64,000 bases of DNA, taken from NCBI GenBank assembly GCA_964019335.1, contig OZ025681.1, positions 62,001-126,000 on the forward strand, written 5' to 3'. This document shows positions 10,701-19,055 of the stretch, piece after piece (within the stretch, counting starts at the first letter, position 1; each line of letters opens with the position of its first letter). The notes below the pieces were generated by a model that was not told where the DNA came from, did no database searches, and worked only from the letters and a program-made list of their open reading frames with translations. The DNA comes from Diplonema japonicum. Lineage: Eukaryota; Protista; Euglenozoa: Diplonemea. The position numbers and the translations under genes were made by a program.

Positions 10701-10881
10701 TCCCCACGTCGGGGTGCTTCACAGTGAAGTTGGCCGTCACCTCGCACACCTTGCGCTCCAGCGTGCTCACCATTGCTTTGTTAACGTGCAAAGTGTTGTT
10801 CACATGGACAGGGATCTCGCACTTTGCTGATACCACACACGCCACCTGGCATGCAATCAAGAAACCGCTGCCTACCCGCAT
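7702..10881 (-). CDS. Receptor copy 2 (1059 aa), same architecture; SBP subtype II
   Basis: ORF with signal peptide MRVGSGFLIACQVACVVSA and the same motifs as copy 1. Confidence 0.92.
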   Translation of the reverse strand: MRVGSGFLIACQVACVVSAKCEIPVHVNNTLHVNKAMVSTLERKVCEVTANFTVKHPDVGMESVDLKEMFGRTSKDDDFTFLQNMLHNKETGYEVMDLKTQWVTTLADDLVELDVDPNLIRKKWRIHVSPNGKLYTLTRQTNQMVAYYRKDLFDKHNLTWPATWEEFETTLTTLVEKEHAGGNTDFDGVVLATDPGSQDSIAYMLVTLMSGFEGAGSIVEADGKVTINNPAAARTLTMWKRWIGTIAPIDLFGYTGNKASENFKSGKSAIILNWSSSVFGMVEVSEDNGWDIQMASVPGKYGAGCSNDWNYGVNKHSPFVKEAVDLLTDYSMHFSFFDNSDKEPVRKDVMDRPGFWDDLRKVNPMLATSMQTFPGFWERLVHRPSAGCKALYEDCINIVFRHVKDFFLSADGAAEQTVSLMENDLKVLLGVIDISGADYTREEWTDTRVAMLGISVFSAGMFIGIIFMIVRNAKNLRREGNSFKVPVSVMLGVVALTSFAVVLGVVVTMNDTAIRDISEDLSEQLRQQSILSIEISIHGTIETVVTQATVTSSLLLQKVLGNIKQDISRMEVPARSLIVLIDRRTREVLLANDEQQQPVGVEVMGPGVVAEAGETVAHPWVSGALASIENWNTSLIDPERSYLYSSGEKVYASMLNIKTVTFDANTVDWLLVYITPHVVIMGNAEDAYEEAIDLSVMLAAIGIVVLLACAVVITQPFISLVRDMKHVENMEMDKVVKRDSILLEVSALLSGFHAMCDILNEYKAYMPASLFQKDESSDADDDMSLALSRTSKNSQSSRTGNSSSEPSVVPVIQMKMQATVKNVSLVSIWYPGDSVVEMTAVLDAVSTVTSGGGRGALLSTSGDQSIIGLNITTNLVNNGMKACQCAMMVRDKLSESNVGIGVATGRATVASCGSLSLKAFTALGRVMKSVRYLSEKGCDFGASILVESAVALVVNAGIDVFPITVFGSEFNRVGTDQVVFCVEDYLETENEEWMYAYARNSTDANSVVSLMSELSYTNKGPNKRIISSIEASWLSQGGDERPEYLNAALSDLRLRLIVE

Positions 10882-11297
10882 CTTGTAAACTGGTAGAGAA
10901 GGTGTTTAAGTAATGTTTAACTATATTAAAAGAGGAAGAGGGAGAGAGAGGCAAGCGAAAGAGAGAGGGAAGGCATTAATAGTAACATCCTCGGGGAAGA
11001 AAAGTAGTAGTGCCCCACTTGTTGGCGAGAAAAGAAAACGTTCTCTGTTCACTGCTCAGCATCACGCTAGAAGTGGAGTGGTTAATAAGGTCCTCCAAAA
11101 AGAAATCCTCAAGGCTAATTTGAAGGTAACTTCCAAAAATGCCAATGCTGCATGTATACATGATTCTTGTTTCTCGTTGACAGAAGGGCTTTGAGGCTTG
11201 CTCCTTTCAATACGTAGATAACCACTTTTGTGCCACTGTGCCGCCTTCAAGGAGTGGGTCGATTTTCTCCCTTGGATTTTAAAAATAAAAAGAATAT

Positions 11298-11431
11298 CTT
11301 TATGACTATATGTCTTGGTCGCACGAGCAAAAAAAGGTTTAAAAAAGCTGCGAAAAGCCTTTGCTCGGAAAGAGTTGCATATAGTTATTTGAAATCAGTC
11401 GTTGAAAGATATAAATAACTGTAACAAATAC
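11298..11431. repeat. Dispersed repeat Y
   Basis: ttatgactat..cgcacgagcaaaaaaaggttt..aaaaagctgcgaaa..tttgctcgg..agttgcatatagttat..tgtaacaaa recurs at 43078-43220. Confidence 0.7.
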
Positions 11432-11482
11432 AAAATGGTCCAGCAGGGATTTGCGGAAGAAAAAGAAGAAAAGCAGAAATAC

Positions 11483-11559
11483 ATATGAGTTAAAGGGAGT
11501 CTTTGTGAGACGCCCCCTTGTTCTCATCCTCTACCTGCACCTGTCCCCTTTCAGCAGCG
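11483..11559 (-). mobile_element. 3'-terminal fragment of family R1, about 80 nt downstream of the copy 3 stop codon
   Basis: atatgagttaaagggagtctttgtgagacgcccccttgttctcatcctctacctgcacctgtcccctttcagcagcg is nearly identical to about 44047-44123. Confidence 0.75.
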
Positions 11560-11637
11560 AAATATTACAAAAAAAAAAGATGGATAGAAATCCATCCAGC
11601 GTGAGCTTTTCTTTTCACTCAGTGATCACTACCTCGG

Positions 11638-14600
11638 TCAGTCACCGGCTGTGCCTTCAGACTGCATCGCTCCGGGATGGGGTGCCTGGGGACTAGGGGA
11701 TTCAGAAGGCTGCTCTGTGCTGTCCTCCTGCCTGTTATTGCCTTTGCTGCTTTTGCTGTCGCGCTCTTTGTTGTCGTCGATGTTGCTATCGATGCGTTGC
11801 TCTCCTGGGCAGTACTTCCTCTTTAGTTCACAGATGGCTCTAATCAAGTACTCAGGCATCTCACTTTGGGCCAACCACATTGCCTCAATGCTCATCACTG
11901 TCTTTTTGTTCACATCTTTGGTGAATTCGGGAGACAGCCCAGCCAACATAGCTACTAATGAGTTGGTCTCTGTGGCATTGCGAGCCAGTGCATACATCCA
12001 CTCCTCGTTGGCAGACTCCATTAGGTCACCAGCACGGAAGATGACCTGATCATTTCCCGTTCTCCTGTGCTCTGAGCTGAACACAGCCACAGGCAAAATG
12101 TCAATGAAGCCGCTCACCACCAGGGCCACCGGGTTCTCGATTAGTACACACGCCTGGAGGTCGTACCCCCTCTCCGACAGGTACCTCGCAGTCCGCATCA
12201 CCTTCCCAAGCGCCGTGAACGCCTTCAACGCAAGCGACCCACACGATGCTACGGTAGCCTTCCCCGTCGCAACCCCAATCCCGATGCCTTCGCCTTCTTT
12301 AAATTCGTCATCAAGCCTGTCACGCACCAATATCGCGCACTGGCATGCTTTCATGATGTTCCCAACCAAGTTCGTCGTAATATTCAGCCCGATGATGCTC
12401 TGGTCGCCAGACGTGCTGAGAAGAGCTCCCCTCCCACCACTGCTAGTCACCGTGCTCACCGCATCCAAAACTGCGGTCACACCAGCCACAGAGTCACCAG
12501 GGTACCAGATAGACACAAGGCTGACGTTCTTCACCGTCGCCTGCATCTTCATCTGATTCACTGGTGCTGATGCAAGTTGCTCGCTCGATGACTTATCCGC
12601 GTGTGACGACAAGGACTGCGTGCGTGTGTGTGCGTGCGAAGTCTTCGAAACACATATCGACATTTCATCAGCTGAAGATTCAGAAGACTCTTCCTTCTGG
12701 AAGAGGGAGGCGGGCATGTAGGCCTTGTACTCGTTGAGGATGTCGCACATAGCATAGAAGCCAGAGAGCAGGGCGGAGACCTCCAGAAGAATGCTGTCCC
12801 TCTTCACCACCTTGTCCATTTCCATGTTCTCCACATGCTTCATGTCCCGCACAAGGCTGATGAAGGGCTGGGTGATCACAACAGCACATGCAAGAAGGAC
12901 CACAATTCCAACAGCTGCAAGCATCACAGACAGGTCGATCGCCTCCTCATATGCATCCTCCGCATTCCCCATGATCACAACGTGTGGTGTGATGTACACC
13001 AGTAGCCAGTCAATGCTGCTCGGGTTGAAAGTAGGCTTATTGATATTTAGCATTGAGGCATACACCTTCTCACCAGAGGAGTACAGGTACGACCTCTCAG
13101 GGTCAATGAGTGATGTGTTCCAGTTCTCGATGCTCGCAAGGGCACCAGAGACCCACGGGTGTGCCACAGTTTCACCAGCTTCAGCCACAACCCCAGGTCC
13201 CATCACCTCCACTCCCACAGGCTGCTGTTGCTCATCGTTGGCGAGAAGTACCTCCCTCGTCCTTCTGTCGATGAGCACGATCAGTGACCTCGCAGGTACC
13301 CGCATGCGTGCAATGTCCTGTTTGATGACCCCCAGGATGCGCTGCAGGAGGAACGAGTGTGTCACGCTGCTTCTTGTCACAAGGCTCTCGATCGTGCCGT
13401 GTACTGAGATCTCCATTGCCAACATGCTCTGCTGCCTGAGCCGCTCCGAGAGGTCCTCGCTGATGTCGCGGATCGCAGTGTCGTTCCTGGTCACCACCAC
13501 ACCGAGCACCACGGCGAAGGAGGTGAGTGCCACAACCCCAAGCATCACGGAGACAGGAACCTTTAACGAACTGTTCTGCTTGCGGAGACTCTGCGCATTC
13601 CTCACAATCATGAAGATGATGCCAGCAAGAATCCCAGCAGAGAAGAGAGAGAGGCACACCATCGCCACCCTCGTGTCCGTCCACTCCTCACGGGAGTAGT
13701 CGATGCCAGAGATGTCAACGTCGCCAACCAGCTGGACGAGCTCCTTCTCCATCAGGGACACAGCCTCCTCGGCGGTACCATCTGTCGAAAGAAAAAAGTC
13801 ACTGACATGCTTGAAGACGATGTTGATGCAGTCCCCGTACAGTGCCTTGCACCCAGCACTTGGGCGGTGCACCAGCCTGTCCCAGAACTCTGGGTAGGCC
13901 TGCATCGACTTTGCCAGCAGCGGGTTCGCGGTCGTCATATTAGCCCAAAAGTGAGGCCTCTGCATCACATCCTGCCGGATGGGCTCCCGTCCAGAGTAGT
14001 CGAAGTACGAGAAGTGCTCAGACAAGTCGTTCACAAGGTCCATGGCTGCCTCCTTCAAAGGGGAGTGCTTGTTGACGCCGATGCTCCAGTCCCCAGAGCA
14101 GCCTGCCCCGTACTTCCCGGGGACGGGTGCCATTTGGATGTTCCAGTTATTCTCAACACCTTTCGTTCCCAAGCTGACACTGCTCGAAACCCAGTAGAAC
14201 AGGACACCAGCCCTCCCCTTTTTGAATTCGTTCTGTGCAACCGAGCCCTTCTGCCCCCAGAGGCTCGTTGAACCGATGGTACCGACCCAGCGCTTCCACA
14301 TCGCAATGGTGCGTGCCGCCGCAGGGTTGTTGATCGTCACCTTGCCGTCCGGTTCCACCACGTTCCCAGCACCCTCGAAGCCAGACATGAGCGTCACGAG
14401 CGAGTAGATGATCTCGTTCTGCGAGTTCGAGTCGGTCGGGAGCACCACACCGTTGAAGTCGGTGTTCCCATCAGCACGCTCCTTCTCCACGAGGGTCGTC
14501 AGGGTCGTCTCGAACTCCTCCCAGGTCGCAGGCCAGGTGAGGTTGTGCTTGTCGAAGAGGTCCTTGCGGTAGTAGGCCACCATCTGGTTGGTCTGCCTCG

Positions 14601-15012
14601 TGAGGGTGTAGAGCTTCCCGTTCGGGGAGACATGGATCCGCCACTTCTTCCTGATGAGGTTGGGGTCCACGTCCAGTTCCACCAGGTCGCGCTGGAGGGT
14701 GGTGACCCAAGGGGTGTCCAGGCTCATCACCTCGTAACCTGTCTCCTTGTTGTACAACATGTTCTGCAGGAAGGTGAAGTCGTCGTCCGTGTTGTCGTAG
14801 CCGAAGAGGTTCTGGATGTTGATGGAGGCCATCTCCGTGTCGGGGTGCTTCACAGTGAAGTTGGCCGTCACATCGCACCTGTCATTTCGCAGGATCTCCA
14901 TGATCACGTTGTGCACGTTCAGCGGCCCCTTGCTGCCTGTGGGTCTCGGGCAGTTGTAAGCACTCGTATCATGGTGAAGCATAATGCAAATAGCGAGCAA
15001 CAAGGCTCTCAT
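11638..15012 (-). CDS. Receptor copy 3 (about 1124 aa); SBP subtype I; unique C-terminal tail
   Basis: The likely start is the ATG at 15012 (MRALLLAICIMLHHDTSA), which follows a polypyrimidine/CAG. The ORF-track extension to 15093 is pyrimidine tract. Confidence 0.9.
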   Translation of the reverse strand: MRALLLAICIMLHHDTSAYNCPRPTGSKGPLNVHNVIMEILRNDRCDVTANFTVKHPDTEMASINIQNLFGYDNTDDDFTFLQNMLYNKETGYEVMSLDTPWVTTLQRDLVELDVDPNLIRKKWRIHVSPNGKLYTLTRQTNQMVAYYRKDLFDKHNLTWPATWEEFETTLTTLVEKERADGNTDFNGVVLPTDSNSQNEIIYSLVTLMSGFEGAGNVVEPDGKVTINNPAAARTIAMWKRWVGTIGSTSLWGQKGSVAQNEFKKGRAGVLFYWVSSSVSLGTKGVENNWNIQMAPVPGKYGAGCSGDWSIGVNKHSPLKEAAMDLVNDLSEHFSYFDYSGREPIRQDVMQRPHFWANMTTANPLLAKSMQAYPEFWDRLVHRPSAGCKALYGDCINIVFKHVSDFFLSTDGTAEEAVSLMEKELVQLVGDVDISGIDYSREEWTDTRVAMVCLSLFSAGILAGIIFMIVRNAQSLRKQNSSLKVPVSVMLGVVALTSFAVVLGVVVTRNDTAIRDISEDLSERLRQQSMLAMEISVHGTIESLVTRSSVTHSFLLQRILGVIKQDIARMRVPARSLIVLIDRRTREVLLANDEQQQPVGVEVMGPGVVAEAGETVAHPWVSGALASIENWNTSLIDPERSYLYSSGEKVYASMLNINKPTFNPSSIDWLLVYITPHVVIMGNAEDAYEEAIDLSVMLAAVGIVVLLACAVVITQPFISLVRDMKHVENMEMDKVVKRDSILLEVSALLSGFYAMCDILNEYKAYMPASLFQKEESSESSADEMSICVSKTSHAHTRTQSLSSHADKSSSEQLASAPVNQMKMQATVKNVSLVSIWYPGDSVAGVTAVLDAVSTVTSSGGRGALLSTSGDQSIIGLNITTNLVGNIMKACQCAILVRDRLDDEFKEGEGIGIGVATGKATVASCGSLALKAFTALGKVMRTARYLSERGYDLQACVLIENPVALVVSGFIDILPVAVFSSEHRRTGNDQVIFRAGDLMESANEEWMYALARNATETNSLVAMLAGLSPEFTKDVNKKTVMSIEAMWLAQSEMPEYLIRAICELKRKYCPGEQRIDSNIDDNKERDSKSSKGNNRQEDSTEQPSESPSPQAPHPGAMQSEGTAGD

Positions 15013-16233
15013 CTTGTTACAATTTGGAGTAACTGAAAGAAACTGAAACAAAAAAGAAATCAGGAAAGAATATGGAGTAAAGTGTGGGGGCATAAAAACG
15101 GGGGGTGGGGGGGGGAGAGGAAATACGGCATAATGGGAGGACCGTTAAAAGAAATATTCTTTTTAAAAAAGAAAAAGAGTCGGTTTCTTAGCATTTGTTT
15201 GTTGTTTGTGCACACGGTACAAGTCCTGAGATGAGTACTGCTTGCTGCCACTACTCTTTTTTTCTTGTTCTTTGTTGCTACAAGAAAGTGAGCAGCACTT
15301 GTTAAATTCAAAAAAAAAAAAAAAAAAAAACGAAAAGAGGAGATAAAGAGGAACTGGCCGTTGCTTGTTCGTGCCGGGGTATGCACGCTGCAATCATTCC
15401 CTTTTTTTTGTCTTGGAAAAAAAAAAAAAGAAAGAAAACCTTTACGGGATATCACTGGCCATTTCTCTTTTCTTTTTCTCTTTTTGGAAGGTACTAGTTT
15501 GCTTGCGTGACAGACTGTCATCTGGACTTGTTTGCTCGGAATTCTACTTGTTTCTCCTTAAAACGAACAGGAAAAGGCTATCCTTGTAGCCTTTCTTGTA
15601 GCATGTCCATAAGCATGTTTTCACAGATTCCGTTGCTTGTGACTCCTGATGATTTGGGAACGAAGTGGTAAGAGATCCACTTGGGAGGGAAAAAAAAAGG
15701 GAGGACCAAAAAAAAAAAAAAAAAAAAAAGAATTCCTATGATACGGGGAGGGTTAACCATCTGGCTCCAGATGTACAGTTAGGGAGAGAGAGAGAGAGGG
15801 CCCGCAGACCACCCAGCAAGGGGACAGGCATGCAAGAAAAAGGGTGGGTAAAGATGATGACTTTTGAAATACAAAAAAAGAAAAAAAAAAGGCTGTCCTG
15901 ACACAGTTTCTTTTTCTTTTTGCCAAAATATATTTACCCCCCTGCCCAAGGGGAGGGGAAAAAAAAAATAACTTTCAAAACTATATGTACGGTCTACAGG
16001 TTAAAGGTAAATAACCAGCTTTTCTCTTTTGAGTGTAGAAAATGATACTTTTGAACTTGAACTCCCGCGTGAGGCAAAGAAGCGCGAGAAGCAGAAGAAA
16101 GAAGAAAGAGAAAAAAAAAAGCCATTGCTACAGTTTGTAAAACCTTAAGAATAATTCTTTGCTCGGCACAAGGCCACAAGGAGTACAAGTCATAGTTATC
16201 ATTTCGTACCTCAAAACTGTGAAACTGTGGTGG

Positions 16234-16266
<33 letters not shown>

Positions 16267-19055
16267 AGGTGCAAAGAACTAGAAAAGTGCTTTCTTCTTG
16301 TTTTTTCTTTGTTTTTCTTTCGTAGATGTGTGTACGACTCTCACAAAAACCACAAAAAATTAGAGGATTTGAAAAAAAAAAAAAAAAAAAAAAAGCGGCG
16401 GGGTGCGAGAGGGAGGGAGGTGGGGGAGGGAGGAAATTATCCTTCTTTTTTTTTTGCATTCTTTTTTTTCTTTTGTTCGTTTTTCTTTCTAATACTCGCA
16501 CGAAGTGAGGCTCTGCTCACTGTTTACTAGGCAACGAATGAACCTCTTTCAGTTTCTTCCTCTTTTGAAAACAACTCGCGATACTTTATCTGGTCCCCCC
16601 CCCCCCCCCCCCCCCCGAGTCTGTTTCAGTTAAGCTAAGTTAAAAGAAAAGTCTTTTCTGAGTGGCCTTTTGTTGTTGGTGGCAACCCGAAAAGTAGACG
16701 AGGTACCAAAGAAGTTCCCCCACCCCACCCGGCTCGGGAAAAAAAAAAAAAAAAAAAAAACGGGAAGTTTGCGCAAGAAAATAAGAAAGAATTCTGTGAG
16801 GACAGAGGGGTTGTGAGAATTCTCGAAGCTTAGAGCATGGGGGGGGGGGGGGGGGGGGGGAGAGGATTTTCTATCTTCCAAAGCATCGTCCCCTCCCTCA
16901 AAATTCTCTTCTATTTTCTTTTTAAAGTCCTGCTGCCACTAGAGACGAATCTTAAAGAGGGTGCACCTTTAGTGGTTTCGTGAACAGGACACATATGAGG
17001 GGTATTTAATTTTTCTTTCTAGTTCTTCTTTTTCTTTTTTCTTGTTTGCATATTAGGCCCCCCTTTTTCTTCTTTTAAAAAAAGAAACTAACTTCTTCTT
17101 CTTCTTACGAAAATAGAGAGGTGGGGGGTAGCTTCCTTTTGTATTCTTTATGCATTCTCTTATTTATTTCTTTCAACGTTTCTCATCTGCCTCGCCGCCT
17201 ATAGCAGTGAATAGCAAAACGAGAATAAATGAGATGAAATTAAAGACCCCCCCCCCCCCCCCTAGAAGAAAATATGGAAACGGAAACGAAAAGCGTTTCC
17301 CCTTCCTCGGTGATAACAAAAGTCGTTGTTTCTACGTGTCAGTTCATTTTTTTTTGAGCTTCTCGTTGAAGGCATCACGCACCAATAGGGGAGGGGGGGG
17401 GGAGGGGAGTTGAAACATAAGTGTGAATATAAGAGTCGGTAGGCAACCATTACTCTTTTTTTTTTAAGAATTCGACTGCCTTCTAAACGATCAAAATCGT
17501 TTTTTTTTTTCCCTTCTTTTTTTTCTCTTTTTTCTTTTTTTCTTCACGAGGATGTTTTGCGCTTTTTCGTGCTTTTCTTTTATCCCAAAGAGAAATATAA
17601 AAATCACCTTAGCAGTCCATCGCGAAGAGAAAAAAAAAAAAGAGAGAAAAAAAAAGAAACGGGGGATGTATAGGGAGGGACAGAACAAAATATAAAAAAA
17701 AAAAAAAAAAGAAATAATAAAAGGAAAACGCAGAACACTCAGAGCTGAAATGAGAAACCACTCCACTGCTTTTAAACTCCTGTACTGATGAAAATAAGGT
17801 GCAGGGTGCCAGACTCTCTTTTTTCGCTCTTCTTCTTTTTGGGCCTGAATAAAAGAAATATTATGATAAAAAGCAAATCAGAAATCCTTAATTTTGTTGT
17901 GAACCAACAAATGCTGACGGGTTCTCGCGAGAACCCAACATGTGATTGTGTCAATCCCATCAGTCGATCCACATGCTTAAGAAGTTCGCATAAAAAATGA
18001 AACAAAAGAAGAAGAAAAAAAAAAAACAAGAAAGGAATGCTGCAGAAAACAAAACAAAAAAAAAAAAAAAAAACCTAACGAAAAGAATATAAAAAAAAAA
18101 AGACGTTGGAATGGAAGTTTTTCTTTTTTTAAAAAAAAAAAAAGGAAAGAAGAAAAGTTCCAAATCCTTCGCCTTCTTATATTGCAGCACTCCATGGAGA
18201 GAGAGAAAAAAAGAAGAAGAAAAGAAAATGTGAGCTCGTCGACCTAGCATCACGATATGATCACTCTGCTTGTGAAAGGCCTTCCGTCTAGTGTGTACTA
18301 TACCCTGTTGACAGGACCGGTATGCTGCATTTGCAACATCCGGAAACCAACTTCTATTCTCACAAAAAAAAAAGGGGGGTTTTTTTACCTTGTGTGTGAG
18401 GGCTCGGGGGAAACGGAAGCACCTTCTTCTTCTCAGCATGGTTTTCTGCGTGCCATCTGGCATATTGGTCTTATTGCATTCACTAAAGGGGAAAAGCCTT
18501 TAAAACAAAGCCTGGCTAGTGGTACAGAATCGTGTAATCAAAAAAAAAAAAAAATAACGATCATTCCTACCAGCGTTACGGCATTGTAGATGGCTTTTGA
18601 CGGGTGGGGACAGGGACAGGACAGGGACATCTCCCATCTATTTTTCTTTTTTTGTTCATACCACACAAAACTTTCTGATGGCAAGAGTCAAAGAGATGTA
18701 ATAAATATAAAATATCGGTAAAAAAAGAAAAAAAAAGAAACAAAAGAAAAAAACCAAAACAAAGAAGAAAATAAAAAATATAAAAAAAAAAAAAAAAAAC
18801 TTGTACCACATCGAACCTGAAGATCATTTGTTTGAGGGGCAGGGCAGATATTTCTTTTTGTTTTTTTCTTTCGTTCTCATCCCTTTTCCTTTCCTTCTTT
18901 TTTCTTCTTCTTTTTGGCTAGATCCGTCATGAAAAATTAATCATCTCTGACGGATCATCAAATAAGAATATGCTTTTTTCTTTTTTTATTTCTCGTTTTT
19001 TTCTTTTTTAACCACGTAGAGAAGGAGTGGAGGGGGGAAAAAAAAGAAGAAAAAA

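Noticed and set aside
15013-15093. N-terminal extensions in the ORF track (copy 1 to 5585, copy 3 to 15093, copy 4 to 22355, and 63440-63525 of the retroelement ORF)
   Set aside because: They run through pyrimidine or G tracts upstream of the signal-peptide ATG or the element boundary.
15060-19000. Many 60-170 aa ORFs rich in K/F/G/P in intergenic DNA
   Set aside because: They are translations of poly-A/T/G/C tracts with no coding signal.
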